Source: Octopus sinensis
Lineage: Eukaryota
Direction of reading: 5' to 3'
NCBI RefSeq assembly: GCF_006345805.1
Contig: NW_021832170.1
Coordinates: 1-32,279, forward strand
Length of the DNA: 32,279 nt
In this document: positions 1 to 10,107 of the stretch, one piece after another
Layout: every line of letters begins with the position of its first letter
Position numbering within the stretch: the stretch's first letter is position 1
Position numbers and translations under genes: made by a program
The notes under the pieces: generated by a model
What the model was told of the DNA's origin: nothing
The model's database searches: none
Seen by the model: only the letters and a program-made list of their open reading frames with translations

Positions 1-109
1 AGTGAATACTTATGCGCCTGTGTGCGTGTCCGCGTGTTAGAATATAAAAAAAAACATATCATTGAGAGGATAGGTAATTTCGAAACTAATTGCTTATATG
101 TATGTGCGT

Positions 110-165
110 GTATGTATATATGTATGCACGTATATACATACATACATACATACATACATTCATGC

Positions 166-225
<60 letters not shown>

Positions 226-251
226 TGTGTGTGTTTGTGTGTGTGTGTGTA
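110..251. repeat. Compound (TA)n/(TACA)n/(TG)n microsatellite
   Basis: Directly visible; it generates the ORFs 22..315 and 86..433. Confidence 0.95.
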
Positions 252-542
252 TGTGTGTAACGTGAAGGAATGGTTATTTGGAATTGCTTTATCCACTCGC
301 ATTGGTAAAACTTGAAGAAAGCTGCATAGGAATGTTTACCTTCGAATAATATAATATATACTGCAACTGATCCAATTAAATGCACGCAAATGCGACATCG
401 AAGATCATTAAGGGACTTATGCAGCAGAAACACGTGTCGGGTTGGAATCTAATGTGGATTTAATGAGAAGAATACTGTAATAAACAAGTTTTGAAAATGT
501 ATAATTTTCCATTCATCATTACATACATACATACATGAAATG

Positions 543-720
543 GTAAATCTGGTCGACTTAACGGTTCCTCATAAAATAACGTTGACGCTGCACAGACTCA
601 TAACACCAAAATGTTATAAACACCTCCTCATGGAATGCACATATGCAGGCTGGAAAGCAGAGCATTATCCAATCCAAGTTGGATGTTGAGGACTCATTAG
701 GAGCAGTATGAGACAACGGG
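543..720 (+). mobile_element. Degenerate RLE-domain remnant of a non-LTR retrotransposon (HERO/NeSL-like)
   Basis: Manual translation VNLVDLTVPH...KCYKHLLMECTYAGWKAEHYPIQVGC*G resembles the ELTVP...KY..L..C...GW...P.EVG.RG motif of RLE LINEs; has a frameshift and a stop. Confidence 0.65.
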
Positions 721-1029
721 TGTTGTCATTAATGCTACCTCATCGTAAAGCAAATACCATTATGAATGATATCCAGGCTAAAGGAGAGAAGGTAAGCTTG
801 AACGTCCACTACATTTTTTTCAAAGTCTTTGCTGTGTAAAAACTCTGTTGCTGTAACTCCTTCAGTACATCGGTATCAATCATCAACTTTAAAACCTTAG
901 ATCCTTTTTAAGTGATCGTTAATAGCAAATATAATTTTTTTGCCAGGGTAATAAATCCCTTCAACAAGAAGTGAATGAGCATAAACTCCGATTCGGTTAG
1001 GATATGATGTTGTTCATAGTATCACACCG

Positions 1030-1375
1030 GTTGTGCTTAGATGCCTAAGATATGCACCAGGCACCGATGGCCAATTCTCTGTGACACCTTTTAGCAGTGG
1101 TCAAACGAAGCCGAGTATAATGCCAAACCCGCCATTTGATGTAAATCATTATCACAAGATGAAAGTTATCGACTATAACTATGCTGCGATACCATACAAA
1201 CTTTTGTGTCTCCGAATATTTTACTGAACACCAAAATCAACTTCCTGTGAATCCATTTGCCAAACACCTTAGTTCTGTATTCACCAGAATTATTGGCCTG
1301 AAGCCATTTATTATACCTTCCTTGTTTGGGTCATTCCTTTTATTGGCTACAACGAGCTTTCTCCTCCCCTCTCTT
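1030..1375 (-). mobile_element. L1/Tx1-like reverse transcriptase remnant
   Basis: Minus-strand translation KRNDPNKEGIINGFRPIILVNTELRCLA.../LILVFSKIFGDTKVC.../DNFHLV matches the RT N-terminal block (...FRPITLLN.D.KILA...Q.C....I.DN.HL); frameshifted. Confidence 0.7.
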
Positions 1376-2296
1376 TGAGTACACTCTCACAAACACTCAC
1401 TTGCCCCCCCCCATATATATGAAGTCATTGTAACTCAAGAGTTCGCACTTAGATGCAAATGACATTTAATATGTGGTTACCGTTGTTTCATAATTGATTT
1501 CCAAATACATCAAAATATTTTATTCTTAGGTACATACAGAGTATATACACCTCATAAACATCATATACATACAAAGGTATATGATGCTTTCATTAAATCT
1601 AATTTTGTTTATGATGACTTATAAGGGAGCAGTGCAATTTATTGGGTATTTTCCTATGAGATAATAGGTTTGATATTCTTCTTGTTATACTTTCTGCAAA
1701 ATCATTTTATTGCTCCGCAATAGCATTGCATTGTTGTCGTCCATTGACGTATGACATTGCGTTTGCAATGATATTATATATACAAAAATTGTTGATAACT
1801 CTAGTTTTGAGTTTCCTGATGTGCTGCGACACGGATGTTGAACTGAATCTGTGCCTAGTCATAAAAGAATGCACATGAATTCAAAGACATCATTATGCGG
1901 CTAATGAAAACAAGTTAAGCACTATCATATAGTGATTTGTAGTAGGGCACAATGGAACCGAGTGAGAAATACTGTTTAGTGACAGAGCGAAGGGCCAAAC
2001 TTCAATAAATGTACATATATATACATATATAAGTAACCAACAGCACGAGCTGTGCGCCGCATACATTAATCAAGAGTTGAATAGGAAGGATACAAAGAGA
2101 AAATACAGCAAGAGGGAGATGAAGTCACAGCAAGTTGAAAACCAACAAGGAACACAGCATACAGAAAACTAGACAATAATATAATAAACGGAAAAGTGGA
2201 CAAAAACATGACACAAGGAACATTCGCAGCCGATTTCCCCGTCACGCAATGTCCGGAATGCTCTAGCAGTTTCACGCATTTTAACATTGAGATTGC

Positions 2297-2530
2297 TATG
2301 TAGGTAGGTACGTACGTACGTACGTACGTATGTATGTATGTATGTATGTATGTATGTATGTATGTATGTATGTATGTATGTATGTATGAATGTATATATG
2401 TATATATGTGTGTATATATGTATATTTATATATGAACATATGTAGATATATATATATACACGTATAAATAAATAAATGAATATACTATATATATAATATA
2501 TTATATTATATATATATTATAATATATATT
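2297..2530. repeat. (TACG)n/(TATG)n/(TA)n microsatellite
   Basis: Directly visible. Confidence 0.95.
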
Positions 2531-2689
2531 TATATATAATAGATATAATATAATAATATATACGTATATGTACATATATATACACACACACATATATATA
2601 TGTATGCATGTATGTATCTATCTATGTGTGTGTTTGCATACATACAAACATGCATACGCACACGCACACATATATTTAGTTTATTTAAA

Positions 2690-2790
2690 CTGACTTCCTG
2701 TCTTGTGTTAAGGTGACTCATACTCACGCTTCAGAGATTTTCAGTTCTCGCCCATCAATTCTCGCCTGATGATTGGTCTCGCGAGAAATT
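2690..2790. promoter_or_regulatory. Promoter-like motif cluster
   Basis: ETS-like ACTTCCTGT 2693-2701, TGACTCA 2714-2720, TCAGTT 2741-2746, TTCTCGCC at 2745 and 2759, ATTGG 2772-2776, palindrome TCTCGCGAGA 2777-2786; minus-strand donor GTGAGT at 2727. Confidence 0.4.
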
Positions 2791-2850
2791 CCGTGCAAAT
2801 AAACCAAATACGCTATAACGTTTATTGATTACTGCCTTTCCTCATTTGCT

Positions 2851-2881
<31 letters not shown>

Positions 2882-2949
2882 GCAAAATTAATATTTGAAC
2901 ATGTGAACATGTCCTTTATATATGTGCGCATGTATAGGTGTATAGATGC

Positions 2950-2955
2950 ATTATA

Positions 2956-3010
<55 letters not shown>

Positions 3011-3023
3011 TATTATTATTATT
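2950..3023. repeat. (AAT)n joined to (ATT)n
   Basis: Directly visible; strand switch at ~3010. Confidence 0.9.
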
Positions 3024-3430
3024 ACACGCGCACACACACACACACGCACACACACATACATTCAGCCATGAAGACATGTTTACCTAGCTACTCTGCCGTC
3101 GCGTTGAGTTCTACTTCAAATAATATTTCCAATATGCAAAATATATTTTAATATAATATACTTTACAAGTCTTACAAAAGACACACAACGCACATACAAA
3201 GACACACATACGCACACAGACACACGGACACACACACACACCAGATGATATACACACACACATACATACAAATATATGTATATTTATGTATGCGTGTAAA
3301 TATGTGTGTGTGTGTAAATATATAAACGTGTGTCTGCTGTGTGTGTGTATGTAAACGTACACACACATATATACATATATGGGTCCATACATATAAGCAG
3401 CTACACATAAGCACGTGCATTGCATACATA

Positions 3431-3540
3431 CGTGCACACTACACGTACGTACACACTACACGTACGTACACACTACAAGTACGTACACACTACACGTACG
3501 TACACACTACACGTACGTACACACTACACGTGCGTACACT
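3431..3540. repeat. 17-bp minisatellite (ACGTACGT-ACACACTAC), about 6.5 copies
   Basis: Head-to-tail units with few substitutions and no spacers. Confidence 0.9.
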
Positions 3541-3790
3541 AATAATATTATTTCTAATTTCCTACAACTAATAAACATAACAAATGTTTTTTTAATTTAA
3601 AACATGAAAATATAAATGATCACATGTTGTGTGCTGAGAAGGAATTATAAAATAAAGAAAATACATAATAAAATAAATAAAGAAGGAATAATTAAAGCAA
3701 CAGTAAATAGAAAGTCTTGGCAATTTGCAATTGATATTATACCAATAGAGTAATGTAACTATACGAAAGATTACACAATCTATATATCAG

Positions 3791-3853
3791 CTCTGACTGT
3801 CAGTCTGTCTGTCTGTCTGTCTATCTATCTACCTATCTACCTATCTATCTATA

Positions 3854-3919
<66 letters not shown>

Positions 3920-3943
3920 GCAAGCTAGCTAGCTAGCTAGCTA

Positions 3944-3976
<33 letters not shown>

Positions 3977-4033
3977 GTATCTATTTATCTATATATCTAT
4001 CTATCTGTCTGTCAGTCTCTCTCCTATCTATCT

Positions 4034-4103
<70 letters not shown>
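3791..4103. repeat. Compound (TCTG)n/(TATC)n/(AGCT)n microsatellite
   Basis: Directly visible. Confidence 0.95.
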
Positions 4104-4388
4104 AACATATAACAATATTGACCGAGGTTACCGTGGTCTTTTTCGTTGGCTCTTCTTACCACGGATAAACCTTATCTGCTTCCCCCTTTACACCGTACAT
4201 CATGACACTGTGATACACGATCCCTATTCATCGTTTTTTTCCTCTTCCCCTTTTTTTTCCTCTTTTTTCTCCTTTTTTCTTTTCTTTTGTTTCTTTTCCT
4301 TTTTTTTTCTTTTTTTCTTTTTTCCCTTTTACGATCCCTTTTGATCGAAAACCTACGCCACCTTTTTTTTTCATCGCCCAAAATAAAA

Positions 4389-4444
4389 GCTCTACCTTGT
4401 AATTTGTCCCATCTGTGTGCAGCCCTGTGTGGCTAATAAAGAAA
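4389..4444 (+). mobile_element. SINE 3'-tail fragment
   Basis: Ends ...GCCCTGTGTGGCTAATAAAGAAA; it is the reverse complement of the tail starting at 4460. Confidence 0.65.
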
Positions 4445-4459
4445 CTTATCTATATCTTA

Positions 4460-4657
4460 TTTCTTTATTGCCCACAACGGGCTACACATAGGGGGTACAA
4501 ACAAGAACAGATATAGGGATTAAGTCGATTACATCGACCCCAGTGCGTAACTGGTACTTAATTTATCGATCCCAAAGGGATGAATGGCAGAATTTGAACC
4601 CAGAACGTAACGGCAGACGAAATACCGCTAAACATTTTGCCGGGCGTGCTAACGTTT
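4460..4657 (-). mobile_element. tRNA-derived SINE, family A (internally deleted copy)
   Basis: Clear homology to the copies at 4660, 11589 and 26851; minus-strand B-box GGTTCAAATTC. Confidence 0.85.
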
Positions 4658-4659
4658 CT

Positions 4660-4865
4660 TATTTCTTTACTGCCCACAAGGGGTTAAACACAGAGGGAAC
4701 AAACAAGGACAGACATCGACCCCAGAGCGTAACTAGTACTTAATTTATCGACCCCGAAAGGATGAAAGGCAAAGTCAACCGCGGCGGAATTTGAACTCAG
4801 AACGTAACAACAGACGAAATACCACCAAGCATTTCGCACGACGTGCTAACGTTTCTGCCTGCTCC
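4660..4865 (-). mobile_element. tRNA-derived SINE, family A
   Basis: Minus strand has an A-box-like head, B-box GAGTTCAAATTCC and central GCCTTTCATCCTTTCGGGGTCGATAAA; homologous to 26851-27080. Confidence 0.88.
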
Positions 4866-4939
4866 ACCATCACCACCACCACCACCATCATCATCACCAC
4901 AAACAACACGGACACACAAAATAATTTTGCCGTAGCTTT

Positions 4940-6452
4940 AAAGCTGCAGAAAAGAATTATGTCATTTTCGAAGGAAGTAGTGCTTGCTTGCAAGACAATA
5001 TTTAAAAAAGATAAACATATTATATAACTGCAAACACCGCAAAATCATCTTGAAGACATTGATAAAAGAAACAATCATATACAAAACACTCAACTTAAAA
5101 ACAAAACTTTTCGAAGCTGCCTCCCAAGAAACAGTAGAAAAATGTTTAAGGTTCATATGGGCCTTTAAAGAATAGAGGACAAAAATTTGTCATGATCGAG
5201 GTTAGATTCGACAGTGAAGACTGAGCCAAAGACCTCTCCACGAAGTCTTTTGAATGCGAAAACCTAATGATGATACTTACATACCTTGGTCATAGGTTCA
5301 CAAAAATCAAAATCAAAGATGTGCCCCCTGAGATACGAATAAAATGGCTTGTGTCTACCATTTATGATATCGAGGAAGCAATCCACATCTTAGAAATCGC
5401 TGTCCTAGACCAGCAAAATTGATTTAGTCAAGGAGTAGAAATCCTTGCTCATGGTGATCCAATCAGTATTGAAATGATTCCACATCTTAGCAAACTGGCA
5501 GACGGTTCGAATTTGTATGTGGCTGTCGAAGGCAGAAAGCCACGTTGCTACGTATGTGGTAGCAAATCACACTTAAAAATTAATTTCCCAACAACAACAA
5601 CAACAACAACAAGATCAATAACAACAACAAGAAAACCAAAAACCAAGAAAAACAGCACTGCTACCCGCACCGCCATATGCACAATACCAAGAAATGAAGG
5701 AACATCAGCAACCAACAAGCCAGCGCAACCAAACGACACCACCATCAGCGCAACCAAAAACAGAAAGAACACCATCACCACCACCACCAACAACAACAAC
5801 CCCAAAGGAAGAAGAGAAAAACCAAAGAACTCATATCCCACCCCCAAAAACCCATACACCACATCCCAACTGTCACCGACCAGACCACATCCCAACTGTC
5901 ACCGACCAGCACCAACACCACCAACAAAATCAACATTAACACACTCAGAAATAGACCCCAATACCTTTCTTCTCCCACCTTCTGATTCTTCCGACATATC
6001 GTCAGATGAAGACGACACAGAGGATTGGCAAATGACCACAGGGGGAAGGAGAACAAGGGGAAAAAACGAATAGGGAAACAGATAAACGAAGCATGGAGGT
6101 TTACCACTCCCGAAACCAAAACACCCGCAGAAAACAAAAAGCATTAACACAAACACACAAACACCAAATAGCCCCACAACGCTGACAGATATTAACACTA
6201 ACGATTCAGACCTAATGGAATACATTAGGTCAAACACCAGCATAACAGAAAACGATACCAAAACAAATAATCACACACGCACAACACCATCACAACACAA
6301 TAAAATCATACAGAACGCACACAACACGCTGAAATCTCTCTAACCGGATGCGGTAGGGAGATTTCAAAAATACCTCTCTAAAAAACTGTACAAAAACCTT
6401 CTGGGAGAAGACTGTGATGTGAAGGACAAACAACTTCCGAACAGTAAGTGAC
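4940..6452 (+). mobile_element. L1/Tx1-like ORF1 (gag-like) pseudogene with degenerate zinc knuckle
   Basis: Translation across stops gives GQKFVMIEVRF...TYLGHRFTKIKIKDVPPEI...LYVAVEGRKPRCYVCGSKSHLKINF (CX2CX4HX4, last Cys lost), then a Thr/Pro-rich tail; lies directly upstream of an APE-type ORF2 start. Confidence 0.8.
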
Positions 6453-6528
6453 TCTTTCTCTCTCTCTTTCTCTCTCTCATTCTCTTTCGTCTTTCTTTCG
6501 TGTGTAAAACACAGCTTTCGATAGGAAC

Positions 6529-6756
6529 ATGCTCAGAATAGGTTGTATAAATGTACATGACCTGAGGTCGCCTTGAAAACAAGGCTACCTGTTAAATGAC
6601 ATCAGGTCACAGAATATGAATATCATAGCCATCAGTGAGACCGCGGAGGTGGTACCGCGGTGCTTCTTCAGTAGAGTCTGGACCTCAAAGTAAGAGCAAC
6701 TTTCCTAGACCCGGAGGGTAGACTGGTCTTCTTGGATGTCGATGGCAGCAATGAGA
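6529..6756 (+). mobile_element. L1/Tx1-like ORF2 N-terminus (AP-endonuclease), internally deleted and truncated
   Basis: MLRIGCINVHDLRSP*KQGYLLNDIRSQNMNIIAISET then GGGTAVLLQ*SLDLKVRATFLDPEGRLVFLDVDGSN; the N-V-x-G-L, ET and GRL motifs of APE are recognisable. Confidence 0.85.
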
Positions 6757-6761
6757 TCAAA

Positions 6762-6991
6762 CAGTTCTATATTTAAGAGATGAGGAATTATGTACATTAT
6801 TTACATTCGACGGATATTTGTCATCTTGTTTGATGTTAACACAACGTTTCGGCTGTCTTCAGGTGTCTTGGTTTGAACCCAGGGTCTAAATTTCCCCAAA
6901 ACACCTGAAGAAGGCTGGAGGGTATCAGCCGAAACGTTGTGTTAACAACAAACAAGATGAGGACAAATATCCGTCGAATGTAAATAATGTA
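6762..6991. mobile_element. 230-bp fold-back element (inverted Penelope-type terminal repeats) with a 12-bp TSD
   Basis: Arms 6793-6871 and 6896-6991 are reverse complements except for a 14-nt and a 3-nt deletion and 2 substitutions; AATGAGATCAAA duplicated at 6750-6761 and 6992-7003. Confidence 0.85.
6900..6943 (+). ncRNA. Minimal type-I hammerhead ribozyme (C3-G8 core)
   Basis: AACAC / CUGAAGA / A / GGCUG-GAGGGUAU-CAGCC / GAA / ACGU / U / GUGUU: 5-bp stem I, 5-bp stem II, palindromic loop-less stem III, GUU site. Confidence 0.8.
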
Positions 6992-7003
6992 AATGAGATC
7001 AAA

Positions 7004-7259
7004 GATGGAAAATGGGTAATGGGCGTTTATACTATATTTTGGGGGTTTAGTATATTTTATAGTATATCATGGTTGCATAATGAAACACCACGTAAACATG
7101 AATAATTAATATTTAAGTAATAGCTTCTAGGAATGCTGCTGCTGTGTGGTGGCTATTTAAGCAATGTGTTCGAGGATGATTAATGGGTTAGACAGGTGCT
7201 GATGAAGGGGCCAAAACCTCCGAAATATGGCGTGTATGCCCATTACCCATTTTAAAATC
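7004..7259. mobile_element. Second, older fold-back element with a hammerhead motif
   Basis: Perfect 16-bp inverted repeat 7009-7024 / 7238-7253 with a diverged extension (~7004-7060 vs 7199-7259). Confidence 0.6.
7195..7240 (+). ncRNA. Hammerhead ribozyme motif (C3-G8 core), wobble-rich
   Basis: GGUG / CUGAUGA / A / GGGG-CCAAAAC-CUCC / GAA / AUAU-GGC-GUGU / A / UGCC; several G-U pairs. Confidence 0.55.
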
Positions 7260-7491
7260 TGATGTCTCGTATACGAAACGCAGCAGTAAAGGTAAGTGCT
7301 AGCTATAATTTCTATAGAATATCTGTAGAAATAACCTTAACAAATAATGTAAAAGTGCACTGCTAACACAGTAGAACGCGGTATTGTCTTATAAAAATAA
7401 TTAATATACTTTATAGTATATTATAATTGTAGTACAAAAGTAACTGCAACGTTAGTTGCATAACGAAATGCCCTATACCTACAAATTATTA

Positions 7492-7885
7492 GGAGTGGCT
7501 GTGTGGTAAGTAGCTTGCTTACCAGCCACATGGTTCCCGGTTCATTCCCACTGCGTGGCACCTTGGGCAAGTGTCTTCTGCTATAGCCTCGAGCCAACCA
7601 AAGCCTTGTGAGTGGATTTAGTAGACGGAAACTGAAAGAAGTCCGTCGTATGTATGTATATATATATATATGTTTGTGTGTCTGTGTTTGTTCCCCATCG
7701 TCGCTTGAGAACCGATGTTGTTGTGTTTACATCCCCGTAACTTTGCGGTTCGGCAAAAAAGCCTGATAGAATAAGTACTAGGCTTACAAAGAATAAGTCC
7801 TGGGGTCGAGTTGCTTGACTAAAGGCGGTACTCCAGCATGGCCGCGGTCAAATGACTGAAACAAGTAAAAGAGAAAAAGAGAGAG
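7492..7885 (+). mobile_element. tRNA-derived CORE-type SINE, family B, full length
   Basis: A-box TGGCTGTGTGG, B-box GGTTCATTCC, CORE-like CACCTTGGGCAAGT, internal (TA)n and an (A/G)-rich tail; homologous to 17068-17546. Confidence 0.9.
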
Positions 7886-8468
7886 AGAAAAAATGTATAT
7901 AAATCAAATCAGATAAATCCTAAAATGGAAAAGTTCTCTTTACCTCCACAAAAATTTCAGGGGTTGCGTTTGCCTCAGCTGCACTCCCTATTTCCGAGCC
8001 AACACTATCCTTAGTGGTATGATCTATATATTATGCACTTTTGTTGCAAGTTCTGCGATTTCATCGGTATCATTTAAAAATATTCCCACGCCAACTACAA
8101 TTAACGAGATTGTTTGCTTTCAAAAGCTACATTGTTTGAAATCTTTATATTTGAATAAATTTTGTATATTTTTTTTTTTTTGTTTTTGTCTCAGACATAC
8201 ATTATCATTTATCGGGTCTGATAATTCGATAAGGGGGCAGTTCCTATACTTAATTCTCTTGATCGTCTCTCATAACAATATCCGGCATTTTTAACCTTGA
8301 TCTCGTTGCCTGTGTGTATTCGTATATACAACACTATAGTCTCTGTCTTTCTCTGAAGCATTTTCTCCTCTTTTGCTTCTTATCTCTTATCTCTCGCTAC
8401 TTCGTAATGCCGGATAAAATGTGGTCGTTTCCCCACAACTACCACGTATTCTGCAGTTTTGTGCTACA

Positions 8469-8507
<39 letters not shown>

Positions 8508-8983
8508 TTCTTCTTCTTCTTCTTCTTCTTCGTCGTCATCGTCGTCGTCGTCGCTTCCTCCTCCTCCTCCTCTCCTCCTCCTCCTCATCATCATCATCAC
8601 AATCATCGCCGACATCGTTATCGTCATCAAAACCCCCACCACCGCCACCAAAATCACTATCACCAAAACCACCGCCACCAAAACCACTATCACCAATACC
8701 ACCACCACCGCCACCTCCTCCACCGCCACCACCACCACCACCACCACCACTACCACCATCGAAACCACTACCACCAAAACCACCATCGTAAACACTCCAC
8801 CACCACCACCACCACCAACATCAAAACCACTACCACCAAAACAACCATCGCCATCACCAAAACCACCACCACCACCACCACAACAACAACAACAACAACA
8901 ACAACAACAGCAGAAGCAATAGTAGAAGTAGTAGTAGTAGTAGTAGCAGCAGTAGCAGCAGTAGCAACAGCAGTAGCAACAAC
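8469..8983. repeat. In-phase compound trinucleotide array (CAT>CTT>CGT>CCT>CAT>CAC>CAA>TAG/CAG)
   Basis: Directly visible; source of the homopolymer ORFs. Confidence 0.95.
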
Positions 8984-9321
8984 GTCATATTTCACTACTT
9001 AGACGTCTCGTTATTCATGTCTCAAGACTTCACTCCAGTTCATGTATTCCTTCATTCCTGATATTTAACCAAATACTTTGACTTGATAGGATCAAGATTC
9101 ATAATTAGAAACATCTGTCTTCATTATATATTGCTACTTCTCCATTAGTCGTTCTCTATGCACGTCAGCGTAGTCACTTCTCTGCATACGAGGATTATGC
9201 CGAAGATTTTGTCACACATAAACACATTTCTTCCATATTTTGCTGTTTTGGATGACATATTTTATTTCATCTTTATGTTATTTTATTCCAATTTTTTTTT
9301 TTACTGCTTCAAGGTGAGAGG

Positions 9322-9394
9322 GTGGGAAAAAAGGAGTGGTTGGAATTTTTTAGGCTTGTATTTGTATATATATATATATGTGTGTGTGTATATA

Positions 9395-9448
<54 letters not shown>

Positions 9449-9519
9449 AATATATGTATATATATATACACACACACAAATACAAGCATGAAAAATTCGA
9501 ACCACTCCTTTTTTCCCCC
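9322..9519. repeat. Inverted repeat (~44-bp arms) enclosing a (TA)n/(TG)n/(CA)n spacer
   Basis: 9322-9365 is the reverse complement of 9476-9519 with about 4 differences. Confidence 0.85.
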
Positions 9520-9879
9520 ATATATATATATGTATATATATATATGTGTGTATGTGTGTGTGTGTGCTTACATACGTTTATGAACGAATTTTTCTCTGTA
9601 AGTAAGCATGTTTGTATATATTCATGTACGTAAGTATGTATGTACGTACGTATGTAAATATGTACGTACGTATATATGTATCTATGTGTGCATGTATGTG
9701 TGTGCATGTATGTATGTGTGTATGTATGTGTGTATGTATGTATGTATGTATGTGTATATGTGTGTGAGTGCATGTGTTTGTATATTGTTTTGTAGAGATC
9801 AGTTGTAGAACTGGGTTTGCACATTAGGGCATATTGTACATAAATTTCTTTACATTTTACTTATCATGTTGATATACAA

Positions 9880-9880
<1 letters not shown>

Positions 9881-9931
<51 letters not shown>

Positions 9932-10104
9932 GAGCGAGAGAACAGTGCATGCTATCAAAGTGACACTGGCGTAAAATATACGAAGCTCTGTATACCCATC
10001 ATGACTACCTGTCTGATAAGGGTACACTAGGCACATGCATCACAACCATATGTACGCGACATGGTGATCTCATTTCAAGATAAACAGCACATGACCTTGC
10101 AGGT
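9881..10104 (-). mobile_element. Retroposon 3' end with an (AAT)n tail
   Basis: About 170 bp of non-simple sequence ending in a 50-bp (AAT)n tail on the minus strand; family not assigned. Confidence 0.5.
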
Positions 10105-10107
10105 CAC

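Noticed and set aside
2761-2800. CTGATGA...GAAA hammerhead mimic
   Set aside because: Weak stem II, G at the cleavage position and no stem I complement
3431-3540. CRISPR-like array
   Set aside because: No unique spacers, a 17-bp head-to-tail unit, and a eukaryotic context
4172-4381. Lys/Arg-rich ORF
   Set aside because: It is the antisense of a T/C-rich low-complexity tract
5474-6073. 199-aa ORF as a host zinc-finger gene
   Set aside because: It is part of a retrotransposon ORF1 with upstream stops, a lost Cys and an adjacent APE start
7259-7290. CTGATGT...CGAAACG third hammerhead
   Set aside because: A9 is missing and there is no stem I or credible stem II
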